DNA from: a virus
Taxonomy: Duplodnaviria > Caudoviricetes
Strand: one strand, 5' to 3'
DNA: 57,901 nucleotides
Virus record (IMG/VR): IMGVR_UViG_3300010042_000197
Coordinates: 1-57,901 of that record
The notes beneath the pieces are model-generated. The model saw only the letters and a program-made list of their open reading frames with translations, was not told the DNA's origin and did no database searches. The stretch's first letter is position 1; each line of letters opens with the position of its first letter. Positions 1 to 9,501 of this stretch are shown piece after piece. The position numbers were made by a program, and so were the translations under genes.

Positions 1-1034
1 CCCGCCGGAGTCTCCCCTTCGCCTTCGCTCTCGTGTTCGCCCTTGGGGCCTGTGGCCCCACTCAGGACGAACCCGACGAGCGCCCCCGCCCGTCCGTGCC
101 GCGAGACGGCGGGACACCCCTGCCGGACGGTGGCACCTCCTCCAGCGAGGATGCTGGCACTCCTCCTCGGGATGGCGGAGGAGGCAGCCCGCCGCTCGAT
201 GGAGGTCCTCCGCCACGCCCGTGCACGCCGAGCTGTTCCGGCAAGCAGTGCGGCACCGACGGATGTGGTGGCACCTGCGGCACGTGCGGCGCCGACCAGG
301 CGTGCTCCGACGGGCGCTGCGTGTGCGTCCCCCGCTGCGACGGGCGGCAGTGCGGCCCAGACGGGTGCGGAGGGAGCTGTGGCACCTGCCGCTCCGGCAC
401 CACCTGCACGGCTGGCGGGGCCTGCGTCTGCGTGCCCCAGTGCCAGGGCAAGGTGTGTGGGCCGGATGGCTGTGGCGGTACGTGCGGCACCTGCCCGTCC
501 AACTCCACCTGCTCCGCTGCGGCGGACGCCTGCGGGTGCAACCCGGGCTACGTGCCCGACGCGGCCGGGGAAGCCTGCATCCGCATCGGTGGCCCATGCC
601 AGGGCGTCAGCGAGTATGGGCACTGCGCGGGCGACACCTGGGTGCGGTGCGATGCCCAGGCCGGTGTCGTCGCGCTGCCGTGCGGCGCCGGGCAGTGCAA
701 GACGGTGGACGCCCAGGGCACCGGGGCCTGCAGGTGCGGCAGCATCGACGCCAACGGCGTCTGCGCGGCGGCGGACGGCACCAGCACCGCCAGGCCCGGG
801 ACGCACTTCACCTGTGCGACAAGCCTGGGCATCCTCATGGCCGAGAACTGCGCGGCGAGCACGGGCTCGTCAACGGCGCTGTGCTCCACCTTCGTGACGT
901 CTGCGGGACACGTGACGTCCTGCTTCTGCGGCACCTGCTCCATGCCCGCTGGCGGGCAGTGCCGGACGCTGTGCAGCAACCCCAACGCCTGCCAGTACTA
1001 CCCCTCGGGCAACGTCCACACCTGCGGATTCTGA
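1..1034 (+). CDS. Cys-rich myxobacterial lipoprotein, 5' end outside window
   Basis: Frame is open from base 3 (RRSLPFAFALVFALGAC, lipobox LGAC). A Pro-rich DGG linker is followed by three C-x-P-x-C-x-G-x-x-C-G-x-D-G-C-G-G-x-C-G-x-C repeats. Confidence 0.8.
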   Translation, partial: RRSLPFAFALVFALGACGPTQDEPDERPRPSVPRDGGTPLPDGGTSSSEDAGTPPRDGGGGSPPLDGGPPPRPCTPSCSGKQCGTDGCGGTCGTCGADQACSDGRCVCVPRCDGRQCGPDGCGGSCGTCRSGTTCTAGGACVCVPQCQGKVCGPDGCGGTCGTCPSNSTCSAAADACGCNPGYVPDAAGEACIRIGGPCQGVSEYGHCAGDTWVRCDAQAGVVALPCGAGQCKTVDAQGTGACRCGSIDANGVCAAADGTSTARPGTHFTCATSLGILMAENCAASTGSSTALCSTFVTSAGHVTSCFCGTCSMPAGGQCRTLCSNPNACQYYPSGNVHTCGF

Positions 1035-1153
1035 CGTCTCCCCGCTGGGACCGCTGCGCAGCCGTGCCCTCCCCGTCCGTCCTGCGCGGCCCGACTCCGT
1101 CGGCATGGAGAACGCCCCTTGCAGTCGGAGCGAGCCTTCCACCCGGAGCATCC

Positions 1154-2209
1154 ATGCAATCCATCCAGTCACGAGTCCTTTCGCTGCTGGGCGCTGCCCC
1201 AGAGCCAGACGGCGGCCCGTCGCGCAAGGCCCCGCCGCCACGCAGCACCACCAGCACCGGCAACAGCATCGAACCCTTCCCGACGCGCTCGCCGACGGCC
1301 ACCAGGTCGTCCACGGAGAACAGCACGGCGCTCGCGCGCACCAGCCTCGCGCCGCCGGAGGCAGCTCCCGAAGCAGCGCTCAAGCCGCCCTCGGCGACTG
1401 AGGAGCAGGCCACTCCCAAGGCGGCTCAGAAGGGCTTCTTCAGCCGCATCGGGTCGGCCATCGGCGGGGTTGTCCGGCGCGTTGCCGACGGCGTGGGCGG
1501 CCTCGTGACGGGCGCCGTGGAGGCCACGGTCGGCACGCTGCGCAACACCGTGGAGTCGGTGAGGACTGTCCTCGGCGGCCTGGGGAACATCTTCACCGGC
1601 CGGTTCCGCGAGGGCTTCACCCAGTTCGGGGCCGGGCTCGTCAAGGCCGTGCAGACGCCGCTGGACGCCACCCTCATCATGGGCGGCCGGGCCGTCAGCG
1701 CGGTCCAGACGCTCCTGGGCATCGAGCCCGTGCGCAGAAGCCTCACCGACGACGAAGTCGCGGCGCTCCGCACGGTGTACGGGGACTCCATCGACTACTC
1801 GCGCATCAGCATCAAGGAGGGCGACGCGGGGCTCCTCACCCTGTCGAAGCGGCCGTTCACACACGGCGACACCATCTACATCCCCTCCGGCCACCTCCCC
1901 TTGCAGCTCGACCTGCTCGTCCACGAGGTGGCGCACGTCTGGCAGCACCAGAATGGCGGCACCGACTACATGAGCGAGGCGCTCTTCGCGCAGTTCTTTG
2001 GCGACGGGTACAACGTCCTCAAGGCGCTGAGGGAGGGGAAGTCCTGGGAGGAGATGAACCCGGAGCAGCAGGCGGAGTTGCTCGAGCTGGGCTTCAAGTC
2101 GGGACACATTGCAGACGCGTCCCTCCCCTTCATCCTGGAGGGTGAGGACTACACCGCTCACCTCGACGCGGCACTCCGCGAGGTTCGCGCGGGCCGGGGG
2201 GCACCGTAG
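1154..2209 (+). CDS. DUF4157 / eCIS-core-like zinc metallopeptidase-domain protein
   Basis: ATG at 1154 (MQSIQSRV). C-terminal RSLTDDE..YGDSIDYSRI..PFTHGDTIY..LLVHEVAHVWQHQ carries the HExxH motif typical of DUF4157. Confidence 0.75.
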   Translation: MQSIQSRVLSLLGAAPEPDGGPSRKAPPPRSTTSTGNSIEPFPTRSPTATRSSTENSTALARTSLAPPEAAPEAALKPPSATEEQATPKAAQKGFFSRIGSAIGGVVRRVADGVGGLVTGAVEATVGTLRNTVESVRTVLGGLGNIFTGRFREGFTQFGAGLVKAVQTPLDATLIMGGRAVSAVQTLLGIEPVRRSLTDDEVAALRTVYGDSIDYSRISIKEGDAGLLTLSKRPFTHGDTIYIPSGHLPLQLDLLVHEVAHVWQHQNGGTDYMSEALFAQFFGDGYNVLKALREGKSWEEMNPEQQAELLELGFKSGHIADASLPFILEGEDYTAHLDAALREVRAGRGAP

Positions 2210-2211
2210 CC

Positions 2212-2622
2212 ATGGCTCTACGCCTACGACTTCCCTTCCTCGCCGTGCTGCTCGTGGCGGCCCTCACCGGCGCCTGCGAGCCGCCCCTCCACGTGCAGCT
2301 CGCATCCTCCGGGGAGTCCCTGCCCTCCCCAGCGTTCATCATTCGCGAGCCATCCCGGGCCGAGGGCCTTCCAAGGTACGACCTCGTCCGCATCAGCCGC
2401 ATGGACGGGACTGCGATGTGGGCCATCCGCGCTCGCGGCTCGTTGGGAGGCACCGGCCCCGCGCGCCTCGTGTACGGGGTGGTGCCCGACGGCTTCGAGG
2501 AGGCACAGCCCGCCCTGCCGTTGGAAGCAGGCCGCACCTACTCCATCGCGGTGTCGGCAGAGGGACGAGGTGGGGAGCACTTCTGTGTTCGGCAGGACGG
2601 ACGAGTTGTGCACAGACCGTAA
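2212..2622 (+). CDS. Lipoprotein, unknown function
   Basis: Signal peptide with lipobox LTGAC; starts 2 nt after the previous stop. Confidence 0.7.
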   Translation: MALRLRLPFLAVLLVAALTGACEPPLHVQLASSGESLPSPAFIIREPSRAEGLPRYDLVRISRMDGTAMWAIRARGSLGGTGPARLVYGVVPDGFEEAQPALPLEAGRTYSIAVSAEGRGGEHFCVRQDGRVVHRP

Positions 2623-2890
2623 GGGCGGTGCCACACCTGATCCGTCCGCCAATTGGCCTGGTCTAAGTCCAAGTCTTTGCTGCGAGAATCACCCGATGGA
2701 CTCGACGTAGACTCTCAGCGCGTCTCCAACTCACCACTTCTCCCATCAACCCAGCAGGCGCCTCTCAGCGAAGAGCACCGCACTGCTGATGTAGTCAACC
2801 ATGCCCCGCCTCACTCAAGCGGGTCACATATGACATATTGTTTTTTAAACAGCTCATGCAATCATGCACTCACCAAGGATGGGGGGCCGC

Positions 2891-4339
2891 ATGCATTGCC
2901 TTACACAACAACGAGTCAGATTCCTCCTGGCAACTCTGGGTACCCTAACTATCCTGGTTAGCAGGACCACTTACTCACAGGAGGCTAGTCAAGGCGACGG
3001 AGGAACCAATGCCGCTGCGGCTAGCCCTACCACTCCTCTCGTACCATCGGCGCAGGAGACTATTCAGCCATCGCAGGAGGCACCTAGCAGCCCTCGTACC
3101 GCACCGCCAGCGGCACGTACACGTGTACCCAATCCTCCAGCACCACCAGTCGCCCCCGTCGAGCGACAACAGGCTGCCCCAGCGATAGGTCTGGATGCCG
3201 TCAAGGACGAGGAAAGAGCAGAGCTTGCGTCTGCCAAGCTTGAAGCCGCAGTCTCTAAACTAAAAGAAGAAATCGCAACTCAAAAAGCCGAGGATGCAAT
3301 AGGCGCCAAAGCAGTAACCGAAAACGCCAAGCTCCTCAAGAGCGGCATTACCATTGGCGTTAGCGCTGGACTTCAGTTCCCACTCTTCGCCAGGAAAGGT
3401 ACAAGCCTCCAACAAGCCGCGTTTGTCGGAATGCCCTATGTACTTATTTTGCCAGGCTACTGGGGAGGCTCTGATGCAAGGCGCGAATACTGCGCAACCG
3501 CATGGGGTGGAGGGGGCGAGAGTGAAGCCACGTCAGCGGCGATGGAGGTAGCTCGACGGAAAGCCCTGACCAAGTTCGAAGCCTTCGTCAACTCAATCAA
3601 CGCTGGCCTACCAGATTCACAGATTCTCGCCTGGGACGACGTTAACGTCAGGGTAGCCTGGGAAGAATATGAAGGTGCCGAGATCGCCTTCAAATCAGCT
3701 TCAGACGAACTCAAGAAGTCCGACAATACTCTATCCAAAAAACTCCTCACCCTACAGGCACTATCAAAAAGCAAGAAACCTAACGACCCGACCCTCCTCA
3801 GCGCCTTGCAAGACTTCAACAATGCGCGCACCGACTACCTAGCCTCACAAGAAGCATTTCAAGATGCCGCCCAAATATACCTCAAAACAAAATCGCCAGA
3901 TCCCACGGCAATCCTTGTTGCAGAAACACGGATCTGGCAAACCACGCCACCACAAGACCCTGATGCCCGCGATGTCAAGAAGGCCAGCATTATCAATTCT
4001 CTAGCAAACACCGAGTGGAACTCCAATCTTCGAGGGAAGTGCTGGTGGACGAGATTTGGAGGATTCATTGGCATGCCCCTCGGAAACGAAGTTCGAGCCA
4101 AAGTTCGGGGCATCGGAATCGAGAAACGTGACTTCAATTCACATCTCGCATTCGGAATTACCTTCACTCCCAATGCGTATGTCTCCCTGCTCCTTGGCGT
4201 GACGGTTGGAGAAGTCACCCGTAAGGAGAGTGAGACAACAACGCCAGACCCGCGAACTGTGTGGGCGGGCAATTTCTCGCTCGGAGGAAATTTTGACCTA
4301 GCCGCAGCACTCCTCAAGGGAGCCCAATCCATCCCATAG
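2891..4339 (+). CDS. Exported protein, low-GC cargo (Pro-rich linker, coiled coil, C-terminal amphipathic beta strands)
   Basis: Long ORF with a hydrophobic N-terminal segment (FLLATLGTLTILV) and atypical codon usage; start may be 2864 or 2891. Confidence 0.7.
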   Translation: MHCLTQQRVRFLLATLGTLTILVSRTTYSQEASQGDGGTNAAAASPTTPLVPSAQETIQPSQEAPSSPRTAPPAARTRVPNPPAPPVAPVERQQAAPAIGLDAVKDEERAELASAKLEAAVSKLKEEIATQKAEDAIGAKAVTENAKLLKSGITIGVSAGLQFPLFARKGTSLQQAAFVGMPYVLILPGYWGGSDARREYCATAWGGGGESEATSAAMEVARRKALTKFEAFVNSINAGLPDSQILAWDDVNVRVAWEEYEGAEIAFKSASDELKKSDNTLSKKLLTLQALSKSKKPNDPTLLSALQDFNNARTDYLASQEAFQDAAQIYLKTKSPDPTAILVAETRIWQTTPPQDPDARDVKKASIINSLANTEWNSNLRGKCWWTRFGGFIGMPLGNEVRAKVRGIGIEKRDFNSHLAFGITFTPNAYVSLLLGVTVGEVTRKESETTTPDPRTVWAGNFSLGGNFDLAAALLKGAQSIP

Positions 4340-4383
4340 AATACAGCAAGGGTGAACCAAGCAGCCAACGACTCCGTCATACA

Positions 4384-4415
4384 GATGGCCTGCTTATGAC
4401 TTACAGCAGGCCATC
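4384..4415. terminator. Hairpin between convergent genes, possible bidirectional terminator
   Basis: GATGGCCTGCT-N10-AGCAGGCCATC, perfect 11-bp arms; no clear U-tract. Confidence 0.45.
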
Positions 4416-4631
4416 CGAGCTACCATCCAAACGTGAGCCGAGCACCAATACCGGCCACCCGCTCGCGCACGTTCGCCTCGGCAAACCCAAACAGGACCAA
4501 GTTGTCCCTGACCCGGGCCCCTGCCTCCACGCGTGCGAACGCGCCCGTGAGAGAGGAGACGCCCGCATGGGCCTCCAAGTAGCCCGCCCCCACCGGGACC
4601 TCGGCGAGGACGCGGTCGAGCCCCGCGGCAA

Positions 4632-5195
4632 CTACGAGCCGCGGGGCGTCTGAGGGACCGCCGCCACCACCTGCTCCAGCGCGGCCTTGCTGCCGATGGC
4701 GCCCATGCTGAGCGCGGCATTGATGGCCTGGTTCGCAAGGGCTCCAGCCCCCTGCGACGCAATCTTCTCGGCGGTCAGCTCTGCGCCGTGCATGGCCGTC
4801 CAGGCCGCCTTCGCCTGGGCCTCCTCGGAGCTGGTGGGCACGTAGCCTTTCGTCGCGAGGTGCTCGCGGAAGACGCGCAGGGCCTCGGCCACCTTGTCGT
4901 CCACCTTGTTCTCCGTACGGAGCGCCAGGTCGTTGATGGTGTAGTAGGCGATATTGACGGCGTTGCCGAAGGTACGCAGGCGCTCCTCGGCCTTGTCCTT
5001 CCAGATGGTGCGCGCCAGCGCGATGACGCCAGCGACGGCGAAGCCGGCAACCAGCACCAGCACGTCGGGGTTGGTGAGAATGCCGACGAGGATGCCGCCA
5101 GCGACACTGCCGGCCGTGCTTCCGGCGTCGGCGAGAGCCACGGGCGCGGTGAGGACGGCCGCCGCGAGAGTGGCGAAGGTGAACAGCTTCTTCAT
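4632..5195 (-). CDS. Putative holin (LL-H-like topology)
   Basis: ATG at 5195 with upstream GGAG. N-terminal hydrophobic segments, then AVNIAYY..KVDDKVAEAL; adjacent to the endolysin. Confidence 0.55.
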   Translation of the reverse strand: MKKLFTFATLAAAVLTAPVALADAGSTAGSVAGGILVGILTNPDVLVLVAGFAVAGVIALARTIWKDKAEERLRTFGNAVNIAYYTINDLALRTENKVDDKVAEALRVFREHLATKGYVPTSSEEAQAKAAWTAMHGAELTAEKIASQGAGALANQAINAALSMGAIGSKAALEQVVAAVPQTPRGS

Positions 5196-5266
5196 GTGGG
5201 GGACTCCTTGCGACTGCGAGAGGACTGCGGGGGTGAAAGCGAGCGCCGCGCGACAGGTCATGGCGC

Positions 5267-5719
5267 TCACGGCCAGAACGGCAGGCGTCGGATACCCATG
5301 CGACGAGCGCGGTAGTCGAGACTGGAGAACGTCTTCACGTACGCCCTGGCCTTGGCGGCGTCGGCCAGGGTGAGCGTCGTGCTCCCGCCTCCGGAGGCGC
5401 CCACCACCACGCCTCCGCCCACGTGCACCATGACGTGCTCCGCGTCGGTGGGGTCGCCCTTGCGGTGGTACAGCACCAGGTCTCCAGGGAGCAGCTCCGC
5501 CTTCGGCACGGGGGCGCACCGCGTCCACAGGACGTCCGTGTTGGCGTGTGCGCGCCAGTCCGGCCCACCCACCTCCTGGAAGGCCCAGGTGACAAGCCCC
5601 GAGCAGTCGAAGACGCGCTGGCCGGTGGCACTGTCGCGCTCGCCCTTGCCGTTCCACCGGTAGGGCGCATGCATCTGCGAGAGGACGGCGACGAGGAAGG
5701 CGTTGCGCTGGGCGGACAT
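5267..5719 (-). CDS. NlpC/P60 (C40) peptidoglycan endopeptidase, probable endolysin
   Basis: PYRWNG..FDCSGLVTWAF..LLPGDLVLY..EHVMVHVG motifs. Confidence 0.85.
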   Translation of the reverse strand: MSAQRNAFLVAVLSQMHAPYRWNGKGERDSATGQRVFDCSGLVTWAFQEVGGPDWRAHANTDVLWTRCAPVPKAELLPGDLVLYHRKGDPTDAEHVMVHVGGGVVVGASGGGSTTLTLADAAKARAYVKTFSSLDYRARRMGIRRLPFWP

Positions 5720-5747
5720 GGGGACTCCGAAAGTGGACCGGGGAAAC

Positions 5748-6338
5748 TCACTGACGGCGCCGGGGCGGGATGGCGGGCTCCTCGACATGGACGACAGGCG
5801 GAGCGACCTGGACGAACCAGCGCCCCAACTCGCGCAGCCCCGCCAGCCCCAGCACCGCGACGAGAGCGCCCACCACCCAGAGGGCGCCCGCTATGCGCGA
5901 GGCGCGGTGCTCGCCACCTGTCATGCGCACGGACAGGTCGGGGATGGACTTCACCAGCGAGTCCTGGGCGCCGAGCCGCTCCTCCAACTCGTCCATGCGC
6001 TCGACGAGCTTGGGCACAGTCTCGACGACGGACTTCTGCTCGGTGACGCGCCTATCGACGCTGTCCACGCGCTCGTCCACCCGGCGCACATGCTCCTCGA
6101 GGCGTCGGACCTGCTCGGCAGTCGCCACCCGCTCGGCGAGCGCACGCAGCTCGTCGCGTACGCCCTCGATGAGGCGGTGCGTGTCGACGGCGTACCGCTC
6201 AGCAGCTCGCTTCGCCTCGTCGGAGCGGAGGCCAACGGACTCCAGCTTCTCCGTGGTGCGGAGGGCGACGGCCTCCAGCTTCTCGTCGAGCCTGACGACG
6301 TCCTCGCGGAGGGGGGAGCGGTGGGGCGTGGGGGACAT
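5748..6338 (-). CDS. Coiled-coil protein with C-terminal TM helix (lysis-module accessory)
   Basis: Heptad-rich body ending ALWVVGALVAVLGLAGL; immediately upstream of the endolysin. Confidence 0.6.
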   Translation of the reverse strand: MSPTPHRSPLREDVVRLDEKLEAVALRTTEKLESVGLRSDEAKRAAERYAVDTHRLIEGVRDELRALAERVATAEQVRRLEEHVRRVDERVDSVDRRVTEQKSVVETVPKLVERMDELEERLGAQDSLVKSIPDLSVRMTGGEHRASRIAGALWVVGALVAVLGLAGLRELGRWFVQVAPPVVHVEEPAIPPRRRQ

Positions 6339-6409
6339 GCGACGGCATGGTCCGTGCCCATGCGGACACCGTCCGGGGCACGGCACACCCTGTGCTCTCC
6401 CTCCCCTGC

Positions 6410-6658
6410 ATGGATACGAAGCAGGCGGAGGCGCTCGCACAGCGCATGGAGGAAGCGGAGGCGCGGTACCAGGATGCCGTCTCCAGCATGGACGGCAGTC
6501 CCGAGGCCGAGGCGATGGTGGCCTGGGCGCGCGAGCGCTACCGCGCGGCGGAGCACGACGCAGTCGCCACACTCGGCGTGCTGAGCGCGCTGGACCGCGT
6601 AGAGCGACTCCACGCACTCAGGGCTGGTGGCGCCAGCGCGCCCGCCGCAGATGCGTGA
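6410..6658 (+). CDS. Small helical hypothetical protein
   Basis: MDTKQAEALAQRMEEAEARYQDAV..., GC3-rich codon usage. Confidence 0.55.
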   Translation: MDTKQAEALAQRMEEAEARYQDAVSSMDGSPEAEAMVAWARERYRAAEHDAVATLGVLSALDRVERLHALRAGGASAPAADA

Positions 6659-6781
6659 TGGGCCTCGTCCAGCCGAGCGCCCAGAACCGAACGTTCCGCC
6701 CCATCGAGGGATGCAACACTCTGCCACCCTCTGGGTACGGTGGCGGCCTGTCGTCGCCGTCGCAACCGCAGGGGGGATTCT

Positions 6782-7492
6782 ATGTCTGAAGGCATCAAGT
6801 CAGTCGGTGTGTCCGCCGCCAAGACGTTCATCAATTCCGTGGTCGTCGCCCTCGTCGCGCTATCCGCCCTGGCTATCGGGTACCGGGCGCTTCGGCCCAC
6901 CCAGCCGACGGGCGAGGACCTCGCAATTGCGCTGGCAAAGCAGAGCCTCCAAAGCGGCGTCGAGGACTTCGCCACCATCGTCGCGCGCTACATGAACGTC
7001 TCCGATGCGGCCCGACTCGACAGCATGGTGCAAGCACGGCTCGGCGAGCTGAGGGGTGAGATTATGGCGAAGGGATGGACTGCCAAAGAGGTCGCGAGCG
7101 ACCTGTACGTCGTCAGCTTCACATGGGCCCACCCCACCAATGGCGAGCGTGGGTTCTTCTTCGAGGTCGACACCAAGAGCAGGTTCGCCCGCCCCATCGT
7201 TCCGGATGACGACCTGGCGCTGAAGTATGGGGTGCGTACCCAGGATGACTTCCAGAAGGACGAGGCGCTCACGCGCGATTTCATCAAGAAGAAGTTCCCG
7301 GAGGGTGCCGTCGAATACGCCAACCACGTTCTCACCATCAAGGGGAAGCCCGAAGGCGACTATGACCCGCGCGAGGTTGCGCAGCAGGTCCACCAAGGAC
7401 TGAAGGGCGCGTTCGAGCACCGCAAGGACCAGTACCTCCAGGTCAAGATGACGAAGGGGTCTCTCGTCGTCGAACACGCTGCGAAGTATTAG
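6782..7492 (+). CDS. Membrane-anchored hypothetical protein (moron)
   Basis: GGGGGA upstream of ATG; N-terminal TM (VVVALVALSALAIGY); orientation opposite to the late operon. Confidence 0.7.
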   Translation: MSEGIKSVGVSAAKTFINSVVVALVALSALAIGYRALRPTQPTGEDLAIALAKQSLQSGVEDFATIVARYMNVSDAARLDSMVQARLGELRGEIMAKGWTAKEVASDLYVVSFTWAHPTNGERGFFFEVDTKSRFARPIVPDDDLALKYGVRTQDDFQKDEALTRDFIKKKFPEGAVEYANHVLTIKGKPEGDYDPREVAQQVHQGLKGAFEHRKDQYLQVKMTKGSLVVEHAAKY

Positions 7493-7517
7493 GGCAGACT
7501 CCGGCCACCGAGGTCCG

Positions 7518-8096
7518 TCAGCGGAACGCTGAGGAGTCGCTCCACTCTTCCACCGGGATGAACCGGAGCCCCTCCGGCTGCGGGGTCATCGACTGCACCC
7601 GGTCCACCACGGAGCGGTGGAAGAGATGCACCACCGACTCCTCCAGCCTGAAGGCAAGGCGCTCTTCGAGGGGCACCTCTCGAAGTACCGCCTCGTCGAG
7701 CACGAGGCTGTCGATGCCCACCACATCCCCGTCATCCGGGTCGACGGTGAGCCGAGAGCGCTGCCGGTCCGCACAGGCGAGGCGCCTCCACATGTGGACC
7801 AGCCAGTAGCGCAACACAGAGTCAGCGACCTGGACATCTGCAGGAACGAACTGGACGCCCCGCAGATCCGCCGCATCAAGCACTTCCTTCAGCCGTGGCG
7901 ACACCACCGGGGCAGGCAGGCTGTGGTGGTCCACCATTGCCGGCGACGACGGCACCGGCTCCCCCAGGCGCAGCTTCACGGGAACCGATGCGTCCACCGG
8001 TCGTCCCTTGCGGAATGCCGAGGCGGACTGGTCCCACGCCAATATCGGATGCTGCTGGGAGCGAGCCCGCAGGAGAACGAAGTAGTCCCGCTGCAT
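7518..8096 (-). CDS. Imm11-family (DUF1629) immunity protein
   Basis: PVVSPRLKEVL..GVQFVPADV..YWLVH..CADRQRS..LVLDEAVL..AFRLEE; directly downstream of the AHH nuclease. Confidence 0.8.
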   Translation of the reverse strand: MQRDYFVLLRARSQQHPILAWDQSASAFRKGRPVDASVPVKLRLGEPVPSSPAMVDHHSLPAPVVSPRLKEVLDAADLRGVQFVPADVQVADSVLRYWLVHMWRRLACADRQRSRLTVDPDDGDVVGIDSLVLDEAVLREVPLEERLAFRLEESVVHLFHRSVVDRVQSMTPQPEGLRFIPVEEWSDSSAFR

Positions 8097-8099
8097 GGC

Positions 8100-8834
8100 C
8101 TACGTCCCCACCTGAAGTGGGCGGCGGACGAGGGGCTTCTTCGTCGTCCCATGACGTACTCCGTGGCGCCTTCCGCTGGGGCATGCCCGAATTGGCTTGT
8201 CCGAGATGCTCCGAACGCCTCCGCATCCTTTCCCGCCGGGTAGGTAGTCGAGGCCATCCGAAGTGATCGTCCATGAGCCGCTCGACAACTTGTCGAGGAT
8301 GTCCTTGCTCGTGCGGTCCAGCTTTTCAACCAGACGAGTGGGCTTCCCGCAGTATGCGCCCGCCTCCACGGACTCAGCGAGCTTCTCCAGCTTGGCCACC
8401 ACCGCAGAGGGGTAGGCCATGTTCAGGTCGAAGGCCCAGCCGTTGGAGTGCGGACCACGATGGACGGGCACGTGCAACTCGCACGCGACCGCCATGTTCA
8501 TCGGAAGGAAGACGCCATTTTCCGCTTTGTTGATGTCGTACCCGAACAGCCAGCAGTACCGAGTCCAGTCCTCATCGTCTGCCATGGCCTCAGAGCAGAT
8601 GAGGTGGTGAGCCGCGATGGAGCGGCGGCCCGTGTACCAGGGATGCGACGCAGGCTCGGCGCCCCTGAGGATGTTGCTGCCCAGCTTCTCGGGGTCTCCC
8701 ACACTCCAACCAGGGGCTTCTGCCGTTGCATGCGCTGGCTTCCCGCAGAACCGGCACGGCTGCCACTTCGCCGGCTCGGGCCACCCCTTCGACGTTTTGA
8801 CCGAAAGCGTCCGCTCCCACGTACCGACAGGCAT
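8100..8834 (-). CDS. AHH-family (HNH/EndoVII) nuclease toxin
   Basis: IAAHHLI, GYDINKAENGVFLP and HRGPH motifs. Confidence 0.85.
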   Translation of the reverse strand: MPVGTWERTLSVKTSKGWPEPAKWQPCRFCGKPAHATAEAPGWSVGDPEKLGSNILRGAEPASHPWYTGRRSIAAHHLICSEAMADDEDWTRYCWLFGYDINKAENGVFLPMNMAVACELHVPVHRGPHSNGWAFDLNMAYPSAVVAKLEKLAESVEAGAYCGKPTRLVEKLDRTSKDILDKLSSGSWTITSDGLDYLPGGKGCGGVRSISDKPIRACPSGRRHGVRHGTTKKPLVRRPLQVGT

Positions 8835-8951
8835 TGCACCAGCAGACTCCCAGCCGAGCGAAAATTAAACACCCTGAAAGAACGTCAAATCCAGACAAGC
8901 CCCCTCAGGTAGGGCTGTCCGGGACTCAGCGCTCCAACCCGGCATCTCCTC

Positions 8952-9485
8952 TCACAACATGCCCCCGAGGGCAGCGTCCTTGCCGATGAGGAGGAGGTAG
9001 TCCCGGAACGCTTCCCACGTGTTGCCGGCGACGTGCCCCCGCGCGACGGCGTTGGCCTGCCACTCGCGCAGCAGCCCGTCCGCGCGCCACAGCAGCCAGG
9101 GCCGGCCCGCCGCAGTTCGCGCCTCCAGCATGAGGCGCTCCAGCTCGCCCGCCGTCTCCAGGAAGGTGGCCGTCGGGTGCGCCACCAGCCAGTCGTAGGC
9201 GAGGGCCTTCGCGGGGTAGCGCTCCGCCTGGGCCGCCAGCTCGAGCGCGCTGTACTTGCCCCAGTCGTCGGTCAGCCCGGCCACGCCGCTGGCCGCCAGC
9301 GCCTGCAGCTCGCCCTCCAGTTCCGCACGGCGCACCTGGAGCGCCTGGCCAACGGTGGCGAAGTGCCGGGCGGAGGCGCCCGCGGCGTCGAGCTCTCCGC
9401 GCACACGGGCCAGCGTGCACGACACGTCGCGCTTGCGGGACTCGACAGCGTTTCGCCGGTACACCTCTTCGGACGTCAGTGACAT
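8952..9485 (-). CDS. Hypothetical protein downstream of tail fibre (possible fibre chaperone)
   Basis: GGAG RBS, 177 aa, co-oriented directly after the fibre gene. Confidence 0.6.
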   Translation of the reverse strand: MSLTSEEVYRRNAVESRKRDVSCTLARVRGELDAAGASARHFATVGQALQVRRAELEGELQALAASGVAGLTDDWGKYSALELAAQAERYPAKALAYDWLVAHPTATFLETAGELERLMLEARTAAGRPWLLWRADGLLREWQANAVARGHVAGNTWEAFRDYLLLIGKDAALGGML

Positions 9486-9501
9486 GGCGTCTCCGGGCGC
9501 G

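Noticed and set aside
221-1153. N-terminal extension of the 662-aa ORF 221..2209
   Set aside because: Arg-rich shadow frame overlapping the Cys-rich lipoprotein; the real start is ATG 1154.
2600-2760. tRNA gene or attachment core at the prophage edge
   Set aside because: No cloverleaf recognised, and the partner att site and integrase lie outside the window, so it cannot be verified.
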